Shown piece after piece: positions 29,561 to 39,574 of a stretch of DNA of 64,000 nucleotides. The notes beneath the pieces were generated by a model, which had not been told where the DNA came from, did no database searches, and was given only the letters and a program-made list of their open reading frames with translations. The stretch spans positions 384,001 through 448,000 of the forward strand of contig CAXXGI010000002.1 of assembly GCA_963674695.2 (NCBI GenBank). The letters run 5' to 3'. The DNA is from a bacterium. Its GTDB lineage: Bacteria > UBA10199 > 2-02-FULL-44-16 > JAAZCA01. The translations under genes and the position numbers were made by a program. Each line of letters begins with the position of its first letter. Position 1 is the first letter of the stretch.

Positions 29561-29570
29561 TTTATCCCCT

Positions 29571-29599
29571 TTTTAGATATATACCTAAAAGATATATAA
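29571..29599. promoter_or_regulatory. Candidate PadR operator (AT-rich imperfect dyad)
   Basis: TTTTAGATATATACCTAAAAGATATATAA directly upstream of the padR start. Confidence 0.4.
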
Positions 29600-29674
29600 T
29601 CGGCGAGGGGGTATAGCGGCACCGAGAGGGCGATGTCAAGCGGAGGAAAAAACGGTTCTGAAAACCCAATAATA

Positions 29675-30850
29675 TCAGTGTGATGCAAGCTCAGCCTTCG
29701 TCGGGATGCGCAGGGCCGTGATCAGCATCACTACGGCGACGACGGCGCAGATGGCAAAGACCCAGGAGAAACCAAAGCGCATCCAGATGATGCCGGCCGC
29801 GATCGGTCCCGTCATGGAGACGACGTGTTCGATGGCATAGCTCATCGAGATGGTACTCGTGAGTTCGTTGTCGTCGTGCACGATCTTGGAGAGATAGGTG
29901 GTGTGCGCACTGCGCAGCGAGAAGAGCATCTCGTCGACGATGTAGAGGGCATAGAGCAAGGGGATGGCCAGCGCTAGCGGCATCAGGTGCGGGATGAGGC
30001 CGTAGCCAGCACAGACGAAGATGAGGACGATCGCATCTGTGGCCAGGACGCGACGTTCGCCGAAGCGATCGATGGCATGACCCAGGAGCGGTTTTCCAAT
30101 GATGCCGATGACCGCAGCCAGAAAGAGCAGGAACGCGATCTGGGAGGCGCTGCGATCGAAGATGCGCACCAGCACCCAGGGAGCGAAGACGAGAAAGATC
30201 TGCTTGCGCACGCCGAAGAGCACCGCCAAGAAATAGAACAGCATATACCGTCGCTTGAAGACCAGACGCCTGCGGCGGCGCGCGGTGTGTCCGCGTTGCT
30301 GCAGCAGGCCGAATCCAAGGGCGGAAATTCCTGCGCAGAAGGCGGCTGCTCGATAGACGGTATCGTAGCCCAACCCCATATGCCCCATCCCGATCCAGAC
30401 GAGCGAGGTGCCCAGGATATAGCCGACGCTGCGCACGCTGCCCACAAGGCCAAAGAGGCGACCGCGCCGGTGAGTCGGTGAGAGCGCGATGCCGTAGCTC
30501 TGCACCAGGATCAGGTTGAGATGGGCGCCGATCGACCAGCAGAAGATCAATACCACGACCGCTTGATAATCGGCTGGAACGAAGGAGAGGCCAAAAAAGG
30601 CCATGGCGATGAGGAGGGCAGCCGTGACCATGATGTACTTTTCGCGAACGATAGCTACCGCGGCGAGAAAGAGGATGGCCAGTACGCCCGGCATTTCTCG
30701 GAAGAATTCGAGAATCCCGCGGTCTTCGGCGGTGAGCCCGTAGATGTCGGCCAGGAAGTTGTTGAGCGTACTGAAGAAGATACCGCTGGCGGCGGTTGCG
30801 CCGACGATTGCCAAAAGGTAAATGATCGTTTGTCGATTGCGCAGCGGCAT
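29675..30850 (-). CDS. MFS transporter
   Basis: About 12 TM helices; GHAIDRFGERR MFS loop motif. Confidence 0.88.
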   Translation of the reverse strand: MPLRNRQTIIYLLAIVGATAASGIFFSTLNNFLADIYGLTAEDRGILEFFREMPGVLAILFLAAVAIVREKYIMVTAALLIAMAFFGLSFVPADYQAVVVLIFCWSIGAHLNLILVQSYGIALSPTHRRGRLFGLVGSVRSVGYILGTSLVWIGMGHMGLGYDTVYRAAAFCAGISALGFGLLQQRGHTARRRRRLVFKRRYMLFYFLAVLFGVRKQIFLVFAPWVLVRIFDRSASQIAFLLFLAAVIGIIGKPLLGHAIDRFGERRVLATDAIVLIFVCAGYGLIPHLMPLALAIPLLYALYIVDEMLFSLRSAHTTYLSKIVHDDNELTSTISMSYAIEHVVSMTGPIAAGIIWMRFGFSWVFAICAVVAVVMLITALRIPTKAELASH

Positions 30851-30880
30851 GCATCCTTCAGGTGTGGGGGGGGGGTGACG

Positions 30881-31657
30881 CTAATCCTGCTCGATGGTCA
30901 GTGTGTCGATGTCGATGGTTTCGCTTGGATCGACAGTGTGATAATACCACTGACCGCTCAGCATATCATACCAGATATTCCAGTTAAGTGAAGGGGTCAG
31001 TGTTCGCTCCATTCCATCGAGTCCCATGACGGTGAATCGATATCCGTCTTGAGGTTCAAGGGCGATACGGCTTCCGACAGGCGTGTAGACCACTCCTCCG
31101 TATCCGATGTCATCCCAGGTCTCAGGGTTGAGCCCGATATCGGTAAAGCGATAGTCCCCCCAACTGCGTGGATAGTTCCCGTTTGTATCGAAGAAAGTCT
31201 GGATTAGGCCAATCATGCCGGTGCTGATCTCCGGTACGGTCGAACCCAGCGGCGTGAGGGCGCTCGATTCTAGAAATGTTCCGCTGGCTGGGTCATAGAC
31301 AAAGGTGTGCTCCAATGGAGAGGTGTAGCGGTTTTCAGCATCTTTGATCCAGGAACCGTCTCGGATGCCCGTTTGGAGGACCTCGCTAAAGAGGATGTTG
31401 TCCGGCGCTGATGGCTCGTTATTGGCAGTGTCGAGTTGTGGCGGATAAATAGGAATACGGTTTTCCATCTCCGACTCCATGCGGTAGAGGCTGATTCCAT
31501 CGCGGATAGCAGCAATGGTTCCCACTTCCTGATTTTTCAGGGCCTCGTCGGATAAATTGAGGAACCGGGGTATGACTAAGAGTGCGAGGATGGCGATGAT
31601 GGTGACGACGAGTGCCAGTTCCATGAGAGTGAAACCATTTCGAGCGGTCATTCGCAT
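30881..31657 (-). CDS. Prepilin-type N-terminal cleavage/methylation domain protein (pilin/pseudopilin-like)
   Basis: NG|FTLMELALVVTIIAILALLVIP class III signal. Confidence 0.88.
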   Translation of the reverse strand: MRMTARNGFTLMELALVVTIIAILALLVIPRFLNLSDEALKNQEVGTIAAIRDGISLYRMESEMENRIPIYPPQLDTANNEPSAPDNILFSEVLQTGIRDGSWIKDAENRYTSPLEHTFVYDPASGTFLESSALTPLGSTVPEISTGMIGLIQTFFDTNGNYPRSWGDYRFTDIGLNPETWDDIGYGGVVYTPVGSRIALEPQDGYRFTVMGLDGMERTLTPSLNWNIWYDMLSGQWYYHTVDPSETIDIDTLTIEQD

Positions 31658-31794
31658 ATGCTCGATTATAGCAGATTACGGTGCACAAAAGAAATAGCGA
31701 GGTTTGACGGTTGCTCCGGATATATCGGTGGAATCTTTTGCGAAGCCTTACGGGATTTCGTATGATCTGTCCCTGGTCATGAGGGGGAGATTCC

Positions 31795-32214
31795 GTGGTC
31801 ACAGACTCAAATCAGGCATCGAGACCCACATGGGTGATCATGATTGCAGTTGCGCTTGTCGCGATAGCGAGCATCGCTACCTGTTCGTCGGAAGACCGGA
31901 CGGGGATTGCGGGTCTGTATACGTCCAAGCCACCAGCGGCTGATGAGCCCGATCGGTTCATCACCCTCGATCTCGAGCCGAACCACGTTGCAGAAATGCG
32001 CATCGCTGGTCCTGGGGAAGCCCCCGTCGTTGTGAAACGTGGCATCTGGATGGCGCATGCAGACGAACGCGTGCGCGTCATCCTATCCGACCAGGACGGA
32101 AGGCCTATCCGCGACGATATCACCTTTCACCTGGAGAAAAAAATTCTCCGGGCGATCATCTATGATGAACAGATCTATGGGAAAACGGACTTGATACTCA
32201 AGCGACGGAAGTGA
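31795..32214 (+). CDS. Hypothetical exported protein, NlpE N-terminal-like
   Basis: Hydrophobic signal ending in Cys; GLYTSKPPAAD..ITLDL..GIW pattern. Confidence 0.5.
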   Translation: MVTDSNQASRPTWVIMIAVALVAIASIATCSSEDRTGIAGLYTSKPPAADEPDRFITLDLEPNHVAEMRIAGPGEAPVVVKRGIWMAHADERVRVILSDQDGRPIRDDITFHLEKKILRAIIYDEQIYGKTDLILKRRK

Positions 32215-32223
32215 GGGGGCGCT

Positions 32224-33450
32224 ATGGTCGATACCACCACCATCGTTGGCATCATTTTAATCACCGGCTTTCTCATGGGGGAGCTGGCAACCTATGTGCG
32301 TCTGCCCAAGGTGACGGGTTATATTCTCGCGGGGGTTCTGCTCAATCCGCAGGTGACGCCGATCATTCCGAAGAACATCGGTCAGCATACGAATTTCGTC
32401 ACCAATATCGCGCTGAGCTTTATCACTTTCTCCATCGGGGGCACGCTTCTCTGGAGCGAGATCAAGCGTCTGGGCAAGGGCATCGCGGCGATAACGATTC
32501 TCGAGGCAGAGGTAACCTTCCTGGTCATCGCGGCAGGGCTCATCGTCATCCTCCCGTGGTTGGTCAGCGATCCCCGGGCGACGATGGTAGCGACATTCAT
32601 CCCCGTGGGACTCCTCGTCGGTGCGCTCGGTTCGCCCACCGATCCCAGCGGAACGCTCGCGGTCGTACACCAGTATCGCGCCAAGGGGGACGTCACCTCG
32701 ACGATCCTGTCGGTCTCGGCCTTCGACGATGCCCTGGGGCTGGTCAACTTCAGCATCGCGTTTGCGGTGGCGGCGATGCTCGTGCAGCACCAGGGGTTTT
32801 CGCTCTACGCCTCGATCGGCCAGCCTGCGCTGCAGGTCTTCGGGGCGTTGGCTATCGGAACTGGGTTTGGTTTCCTCTTCAATTTCATCTCTCACGTCAT
32901 TCGCGACGAGACCGAGGGGGTCTTCATCGTCATGCTCTTCGGACTCCTCTCCCTCTGTTTCGGGGTGAGCCGTTGGCTCAATTGTGATGAGCTTTTGGGG
33001 ACGATGATGATGGGAATGATCGTGACCAACTTCAACAAACGCCGCGAGCGCGTCTTTGAGATCCTGGAGCGCTATGCCGAAGAGATCATCTTCGTCCTCT
33101 TCTTTACGCTCAGCGGCATGTTTCTCGACTTCAACGTCCTGTGGGAGAGCCTGGGTCTGGTCGGCCTCTATGTGGTGTTGCGCACGATCGGCAAATTCTC
33201 GGGAACGGGGCTCGGCGCCTGGATCGCGCATGCCTCCGCACCGGTGAAGCGTTATACCGGTTTCGGTCTCATCCCTTCCGGCGGCATCATCGTCGGTCTG
33301 GCGCTGCTCTTGAAGCAGGAGCCGGGGTTCACGGCTTTTGCCGACATCATCATCAGCGTCATCATCGGCTCAACGGTGATCCTCGAGATCGCCGGACCGC
33401 TCGCCGTGCGCTTTGCCCTGAGGCGTGTTGGAGAGGTGGGGCGCTCCTGA
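32224..33450 (+). CDS. Cation:proton antiporter (CPA family)
   Basis: LPKVTGYILAGVLL, SPTDP, AFDDA, FFTLSG motifs. Confidence 0.9.
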   Translation: MVDTTTIVGIILITGFLMGELATYVRLPKVTGYILAGVLLNPQVTPIIPKNIGQHTNFVTNIALSFITFSIGGTLLWSEIKRLGKGIAAITILEAEVTFLVIAAGLIVILPWLVSDPRATMVATFIPVGLLVGALGSPTDPSGTLAVVHQYRAKGDVTSTILSVSAFDDALGLVNFSIAFAVAAMLVQHQGFSLYASIGQPALQVFGALAIGTGFGFLFNFISHVIRDETEGVFIVMLFGLLSLCFGVSRWLNCDELLGTMMMGMIVTNFNKRRERVFEILERYAEEIIFVLFFTLSGMFLDFNVLWESLGLVGLYVVLRTIGKFSGTGLGAWIAHASAPVKRYTGFGLIPSGGIIVGLALLLKQEPGFTAFADIIISVIIGSTVILEIAGPLAVRFALRRVGEVGRS

Positions 33451-34455
33451 TCCTGGCTCAACGCCGAAGCGAAACCCGATCTGCATCGCCGCAAAGGGGG
33501 CGCCGGAGAGATTGATGCGATTGTAGCTTCGATTGCGCAACACGCTGCGCCCCTCGTAGAAGAAGCGATCAAAGGCCCACCCTCCCCAGAGTCGAATCTG
33601 TGCCCATCGCGCGGGACGCAGGCGCAGTCCCGCCCCGATTCGTTTTTCCATAAAGAAGAGTCGCCGATCTTCGATCTGTCGACCGTTGCGAAAGAAGGGC
33701 GCGCTGCGCCAGGCAAACTGTGAAAAAATACGGAAGAATGGCCAGGGGTCATAGCCGAGCTGCGCGGTGACGTTTGTGATCGGGAGATAGGTCACCGAGA
33801 GGTTCACCTTCTCCCGTGGAAAGAAGTTGAGAAACATGACGGGAGCGCCGACGAACCCCTGAAACCAACGACCGCGTTCAAATGAAAATCCAAACGCCGG
33901 CATGGGGATGTGGCGCAGAAACTCGCGGTTGTTGGAGTAGTTGAGAAAGATGATCCACGCACCGAGATCTCCGTGCGGGATGCGCAGAAACCAGTTCCCA
34001 ATATATTCGAGGTCGCCCGCATCCTGAAAGGGGACGTCGCTGGCCGAGCCAAACTGCACATTGAATCCGCTGATCCAGTTGTTGCGAAAGCGATGGCGCA
34101 TGACCGGGCCGAAGCGAACATCGGTGAGCTGCTCAGGGAGGGCGTCGCCCGTGTCCGGTAGGGTTGCCGCGCCCTCCATGATGATTGTGCGAACGCCTGC
34201 GACGAATCCGACTTCGGTGGATTCGTTTTGCCAGAGCGGCGCGAAGGCAGAGAGTTGTTGCGTCTGAAAGGAGCGCTGTGACGCCTGTCCCTCGACGGCG
34301 GCGGCAGGGCTGACGGAAAAGTCATACTGAAGGCTTGGGCGTGCCTTTCCCACAACAGGACTGACAAAGCGGGCATAGGCGTTCTGCGCCACGGCCACGC
34401 GATGGGGCGTGCAGATCATCACGCCGAGAAGGATGGAAAGAACGGCAATGCGCAT
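33370..34455 (-). CDS. Hypothetical exported protein, probable outer-membrane beta-barrel
   Basis: Signal peptide; aromatic-rich alternating beta strands. The 3' end overlaps the antiporter stop. Confidence 0.6.
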   Translation of the reverse strand: MRIAVLSILLGVMICTPHRVAVAQNAYARFVSPVVGKARPSLQYDFSVSPAAAVEGQASQRSFQTQQLSAFAPLWQNESTEVGFVAGVRTIIMEGAATLPDTGDALPEQLTDVRFGPVMRHRFRNNWISGFNVQFGSASDVPFQDAGDLEYIGNWFLRIPHGDLGAWIIFLNYSNNREFLRHIPMPAFGFSFERGRWFQGFVGAPVMFLNFFPREKVNLSVTYLPITNVTAQLGYDPWPFFRIFSQFAWRSAPFFRNGRQIEDRRLFFMEKRIGAGLRLRPARWAQIRLWGGWAFDRFFYEGRSVLRNRSYNRINLSGAPFAAMQIGFRFGVEPGSGAPHLSNTPQGKAHGERSGDLEDHR

Positions 34456-34467
34456 TGAATGCCAGGC

Positions 34468-34854
34468 CTAAGGCGTCTGGGTTTTCGTTACCGTCACCTC
34501 GAACGATTCCTGCCCTTGATCGTTGTCATCATCGACGGCGGTGAGCACGATCGTCGCCGAACTCGCCTGGTTCGCGAGCGGGATCACCTTCACCGTGCGA
34601 TTTTTTCCCGTGCCGAGGATGATGATGTTCGATGGCGAGTTTGGCACCAGCGTCTCGTTGGTCGACTGTGCCGTGATGGTGATGTTGTCCGGCGCGGTCG
34701 TGTCATCGATCACCGTGAACGGGATGTTCCCCGTCGACTGCCCAGGCTTGAGCCACTGGTTCGCAATGGGCGAGATCATCGGATCGCCGGCGTACACGAG
34801 TGAAGCGATGAGCAGGACGGCCATTCCACTGACGACAAAGGGTATGCGTTTCAT
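34468..34854 (-). CDS. Small secreted single Ig/cadherin-like domain protein
   Basis: Signal MKRIPFVVSGMAVLLIASLVYA; PMISPIANQ..IPFTVIDD..STNETLVP..NRTVKVIP..FEVTV. AGAGGAG RBS. Confidence 0.7.
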   Translation of the reverse strand: MKRIPFVVSGMAVLLIASLVYAGDPMISPIANQWLKPGQSTGNIPFTVIDDTTAPDNITITAQSTNETLVPNSPSNIIILGTGKNRTVKVIPLANQASSATIVLTAVDDDNDQGQESFEVTVTKTQTP

Positions 34855-34933
34855 TGGATCCTCCTCTTGGATGGGATGCCTGAATACGTCCCTATCATAG
34901 CTCAAACAGGGGTCGGTGTCACGCCCCCGGCCA

Positions 34934-37900
34934 TTACGATTGTTTGCGCATCTCCTCGAGGAGCTGCTCGACCATCGGATGGTACTTCTGGGGGAGTTTG
35001 GTGAAGAGGCGATCGGTCGTGTTCGCCTCGAGATGACGGCGGGCGGTGGCCAGGTAATCGGCGATCTTCGTGCGCAGGCGTTTTTCGATCTCCGGCGTTC
35101 GGTCCGGGCCGGCGAGTTGGGCGATGCTCGCTTCGATCTCCCACGCATTGCGTTCGAGAGCGGCGTAGACCATGCCGCGAAAGCGGTTGGTCATCGCCTT
35201 TGATCCGGTCGCATAGCCCAGTGCACGCTCCGCATGTGTGATGTTGAAGCGGTGTTTTCGCAGCGCGGCCAGTTCGCGTTGCTCCTCCGCGTCGAAGATC
35301 GCCTCGCCCGCTGCTGCCCCCGCGCTCACCTCCGAGGGGTTTCGTCGTGCGCCCTCGCGGATGACCCCATCGATATGGTTGACCGCGATCGTGTCGCTCT
35401 TTTCAAAGCGAGCTCGATCGAAGGCCTGGTCGATCGTGCCCATCAGTTCGCTCACGTTGTAGCGGTCGAACGGGCAGCGCGCGAGCAGATGCATCGTTTC
35501 CGCGGTGAATCCGATATGATGATCATGAGAGGCATTGCGCCGCGCCAAAAAATGCGCGGCCAGCATCTCGATGTCTTCACTGCGCTGGGCCAGTGCCGGA
35601 ACCGAAACGACGCCGCGTGCTTGGATGCGGCGCAGGAGATCTGCGCGCATGCGTCCGGAATGCACGAGGTTTTCCAACGGTTCGTTGGTGGCGAAGAGAA
35701 AGCGGACGTTGACGGTGCGCGCGGCCCCGCGTCCGGCCGCGGGGTTGAAGGGACGCCCCTCCAAGGGTAGCAGCAGGAGTTGCTGCGCTTGCATCGGGAT
35801 GAGTTCCACCTCGTCGAGGAAGAGCGTGCCTCCGTCGAACTCCTCGAGGATGCCCGGCTGTCCCCGGCGGTCTATGCCGGCGATGCCGCTGCCCTCACCA
35901 TAGCCGAAGAGTTTGCCCAACACGATGAGGGGATCGCCCGAGGCGAACTCGGCACAGTTGAATTCGCCCATCGGTTTGTCAGCGCGCGGGCTGAGCGCAT
36001 GGATGACGCGTGCAACGCCGGTCTTGCCCGACCCGGTCGGGCCGACGATGACCACCGGCGCGCGGTCGTGTGCGCGGATGGCTGCATCGCGCAGGCATCG
36101 CAGCCACGACGGGCTCGATCCCATGGCCTGCGTCAGGCGCAGGTGGCGAAACGCTTCGTTCTCCCGCTCCATCGTCTGAATGCGATCGGCCAGCTCCTGC
36201 GTGACGATCGGATCCCATCGGTCGTGGTGCAACACGTCGGAAGCGGCCAGGCCGATCAGTTCCTGGCGCTGCACGATGTCGCGCCCGAGGCGTTCGATCG
36301 CATCGGCGACGGGTTTGATCTCGATATCGGACGGACCGATTGCGGTCGTTTCACCCTCGCGAATGTTCTCCACTGCTTCAGTGAGGATGCGCACCGGTTT
36401 GGCAAAGCGATACTTGAGGAAGATGGCGATGAGGCCGCCGGTGAGGAGGACGGCGACCATCGTGATGATGTCGGTGACGATGGTGCGCCGGATGGTCTCC
36501 TGTATGGGGGTCAGCGAGATGCCCATCTGCAGGGTAGCCATCTGCCGGTCCTTCAGAATGATGGGATCGACGACGGAGACGATGTTGCGGTCGGTGGTGT
36601 CGAAGGTGCCGTAGCGCACGCGGTTGACGACCGACTCCCCCACCTCGCGGGGATCGCTCGAGGCGAAGACCTTGCCGGTTCGGTAGATGCGCGCCCAGGT
36701 CACCGCCTCGTCCTGCACCGCCGACTTGAGAATGGCATCGAGCGAGCGCGATGATTCGGAGATGAGCGCGGCCGCGACGCGGATGTTGAGTTTTTCGATT
36801 TCAACCGTCTTGCGCGAGACAAAGGCATCCATGGTGGCAAAAAAATTGACCAGCTGCACCGTGGTGAGCAGGGCGGCAAAGACGGCCACGAGCGCGGCGG
36901 TGGTGAGTCCCGTCATAAAGGCGATGCCGCGCCGGGCCAGCAGGGCCATGACCGCCAGCAGCAGGATGAGAGCCCCGCGGGTGCAGGCCATCCAGAGCAG
37001 GGCGTTGTGTTTGGCCGTGGTGACGCGTTCGCCGAAGATGGTCGGAACGTGGCGGTAGGGGGTCACAAATGTCAGCGGCGTCAGATGCGCTGCGATCTGC
37101 GCATAGGTGCGGATGGCGTCGTAGGCGCTCTCCTCCTGAATGAAGAACTCTTCGATGTCCATCATCTGTCGGATCTCGGCGGACATCGCCTCATGAAAGC
37201 GCAGCAGGGCTTCCTGTGTCTTGCGAGCGATCTCTGGATCGAAGTCGCTGCGTACGGTGATGGGCCCCATCGGAATCGGTTTTGATGTGGCGATGACGCG
37301 GAATAATCGGCGCTGCTGGGGAGGAAGCGTCTTCAGGATGAAATCGCCGATGCCGATGATGTCGACGGCCCCCTCGCGCAGGGCCTCGAGCGACCGGTCG
37401 TGTGATCCGGTCAGGACGATCCGATTGAAAAAGTCATTGGGGTTGTCGATGCCGTTTTCCAGCATGAGCACGCGCGGGATGAGATAGCCGGAGGTGGAGA
37501 GCTCATCGACGAGGGCGAGGCGCTTCCCCCAGGCGTCGACGATGGTTTCGATGTCGTCATTCTCCCGTACGACGAAGATGCTGTGGTAGCTCTTGCGCCC
37601 CCGCCGAATCTCCGATGCCAGGATCCCGGCTTTTCCCGTCTCCATCGCGGTGATGTGCGAGAGCGCTCCGCCCTCGAACATGTCCAGTTCCCCGCAGGCG
37701 AGGGCGTCGATGATGTCGCGATAGTCCTGCATCAGGACGAGTTCGAAGGGGGTGCCCACCTCGCGGGAGAGGTAATCGATCAGGGGAGACCAGGTCTTCA
37801 CGGCCTTTTCGATCGAACGTCCGCTCATCAGCCCGAACCGGACGGTGTTGGCCTCCACCGAAGAGGATGTGGCGGCGATGCCGACGATGATGAGGGAGAG

Positions 37901-37939
37901 GAGCAGGATATGGCGGAGGAGACGCATCGAGGCCATCAT
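34934..37939 (-). CDS. Membrane-anchored regulator: PhnD-like binding domain + TMs + HAMP + sigma-54-type AAA+ domain + HTH
   Basis: PhnD motifs (YHSIFVVR, DELSTSGYLIP, GSHD); Walker A GPTGSGKT; FNCA; Walker B GGTLFLDEV; RADLLRR. GAFTGA is replaced by GSGIAG. Confidence 0.8.
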   Translation of the reverse strand: MMASMRLLRHILLLSLIIVGIAATSSSVEANTVRFGLMSGRSIEKAVKTWSPLIDYLSREVGTPFELVLMQDYRDIIDALACGELDMFEGGALSHITAMETGKAGILASEIRRGRKSYHSIFVVRENDDIETIVDAWGKRLALVDELSTSGYLIPRVLMLENGIDNPNDFFNRIVLTGSHDRSLEALREGAVDIIGIGDFILKTLPPQQRRLFRVIATSKPIPMGPITVRSDFDPEIARKTQEALLRFHEAMSAEIRQMMDIEEFFIQEESAYDAIRTYAQIAAHLTPLTFVTPYRHVPTIFGERVTTAKHNALLWMACTRGALILLLAVMALLARRGIAFMTGLTTAALVAVFAALLTTVQLVNFFATMDAFVSRKTVEIEKLNIRVAAALISESSRSLDAILKSAVQDEAVTWARIYRTGKVFASSDPREVGESVVNRVRYGTFDTTDRNIVSVVDPIILKDRQMATLQMGISLTPIQETIRRTIVTDIITMVAVLLTGGLIAIFLKYRFAKPVRILTEAVENIREGETTAIGPSDIEIKPVADAIERLGRDIVQRQELIGLAASDVLHHDRWDPIVTQELADRIQTMERENEAFRHLRLTQAMGSSPSWLRCLRDAAIRAHDRAPVVIVGPTGSGKTGVARVIHALSPRADKPMGEFNCAEFASGDPLIVLGKLFGYGEGSGIAGIDRRGQPGILEEFDGGTLFLDEVELIPMQAQQLLLLPLEGRPFNPAAGRGAARTVNVRFLFATNEPLENLVHSGRMRADLLRRIQARGVVSVPALAQRSEDIEMLAAHFLARRNASHDHHIGFTAETMHLLARCPFDRYNVSELMGTIDQAFDRARFEKSDTIAVNHIDGVIREGARRNPSEVSAGAAAGEAIFDAEEQRELAALRKHRFNITHAERALGYATGSKAMTNRFRGMVYAALERNAWEIEASIAQLAGPDRTPEIEKRLRTKIADYLATARRHLEANTTDRLFTKLPQKYHPMVEQLLEEMRKQS

Positions 37940-38048
37940 AGGGAATGGCCTGCGATATTGTCAATCGCCGAAGACACACTTTACAATCGACGCCACAGCG
38001 ATGTCCGAGACGATGACACAGCACTGTGGGGCCAACGTTCTCCGTATG

Positions 38049-39281
38049 TTACAGATGCTGCACGCTCCCGCCATATTCACGGGCATTGCACTCCTGCAGC
38101 CGCTGGTGCGCCGGCTTGAAAAAGACGTTGAGGAGGGTGACCGCGAAGAGCAGGAGCGCGAAGATGGTCGCCAGCGCAAACCCATAGAATTCATCGCCCA
38201 GGCCGTCGCTGGTGGCGTTGATGGCCAACGGGCCGACGGTTGCAGAGGCGCAGGTGAAAAAGAGGATGATGCCCGCGATCGAGCCGTGCCGGTCGATCGG
38301 GAAGCAGCACATCCCCTTCGAGTTGATCGTCGGATAGATGATCGACATGAAGAAGCCGGATATCGGCAGCAGCATCGTTGCCGGCCAGACTCCGCCGATC
38401 ATGCTCACCACGAAGCAGAGCAGCACGCCGAAGCTGGAAATGGCCAGCAGCATCGCCCAATCGAAGCGGGCCAGGAGCGCTGCGCCCACGAACCGTCCCA
38501 GCGTGCGGAAGACGTTGAACAGGACCAGGGCATAGATCGCCATGAGGTCGTTTTCGCCGCGAGCGATGATGATGAGCGGCATCCAGACATACACCGAGCA
38601 CTCGACCGTGACGTAGAGGAATGCGGCGAGCGAAAACCCGAGCGCATACCGGTCTTTGAGTAGCGCGAATGCCGTGCCGAGCGTGGCGGCTTTTCCGGCG
38701 CTTTCCCGTCCCCGGCGCGAGATGACGGCGGTGGATAGGGCCAGCGCCGCAATCGATATGCCGGCCGCGCAGACGTAGAGCCACTTCCAGCTCGTTCCGC
38801 GCAGGAGCATGAGGGAGACCAGCGCCGGCCCGATGATCGAGCCGATGCCGAAGAAGCCCTCGACGGCGTTCATGATCACCGTGTGGGAGGTGACCGAGGT
38901 GGCAATGCGGCTGATCAGGACGAGCACGCCTGTCTTGAAGATGGCGATGGCCACGCCCGAGGCGATGAGCAGCGCCAGGATGAACCAGTAGTTCTGGGCG
39001 AGGGGAAAGAGGAGGGAGGCGATCGCGAACAGGGCCAGGCCCGCGATGACGACGAAGCGGCAGCCGAGGCGATCGGCCAGCCAGCCCAGAAAGAGCGCCC
39101 CGATCGCGATGGCGGCCATGGTGACATAGTGGAAGGAGCCCGCCCGCGCGAGCGTGATGCCGAATTCCTCGACCAACAGCGGCATGATCACCCCCACCGC
39201 ATTGGTCGTCATCGCGAACATCAGGAAGATCAGGCAGATGATGCAGGTGATGGCGGCGGTGTTTGAGCTCTCTTCATGCAT
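38049..39281 (-). CDS. MFS transporter (fucose/glucose/galactose permease-like)
   Basis: GWLADRLG, AFLYVTVE, SIIYPTI motifs. Confidence 0.85.
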   Translation of the reverse strand: MHEESSNTAAITCIICLIFLMFAMTTNAVGVIMPLLVEEFGITLARAGSFHYVTMAAIAIGALFLGWLADRLGCRFVVIAGLALFAIASLLFPLAQNYWFILALLIASGVAIAIFKTGVLVLISRIATSVTSHTVIMNAVEGFFGIGSIIGPALVSLMLLRGTSWKWLYVCAAGISIAALALSTAVISRRGRESAGKAATLGTAFALLKDRYALGFSLAAFLYVTVECSVYVWMPLIIIARGENDLMAIYALVLFNVFRTLGRFVGAALLARFDWAMLLAISSFGVLLCFVVSMIGGVWPATMLLPISGFFMSIIYPTINSKGMCCFPIDRHGSIAGIILFFTCASATVGPLAINATSDGLGDEFYGFALATIFALLLFAVTLLNVFFKPAHQRLQECNAREYGGSVQHL

Positions 39282-39545
39282 ATGAACCCTCCGAGGATAG
39301 TGACGAGGTACAATTCTCTATAATGAGTCTCCGCAAACAATTGCAAGTTTCTTGCCACCTAACGAAATGGGCCCAATCCCCCTTTTGGGACATCCCCCCG
39401 CATCGGGGAGGGGCCGAAGACACGGTTCTTGAGCATTCCATCTTCTGCCGGACACAGCCGGGACACAGCGCTCTCCCCTGAAGCCCAGACGAATATATTA
39501 AAGAGAATCGCGCCATTACAGCAATTCGGCGCAAGTCGTATAACT

Positions 39546-39561
39546 TGGCACGCGAATTGCT
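39546..39561 (+). promoter_or_regulatory. Sigma-54 promoter
   Basis: TGGCACGCGAATTGCT matches the consensus TGGCACG-N4-TTGCW, immediately upstream of the radical SAM gene. Confidence 0.8.
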
Positions 39562-39574
39562 TTGGGAGGGTTGC

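Noticed and set aside
38049-39281. MFS gene as exporter of the putative RiPP
   Set aside because: Divergently oriented, and its motifs fit sugar (fucose/glucose) permeases.
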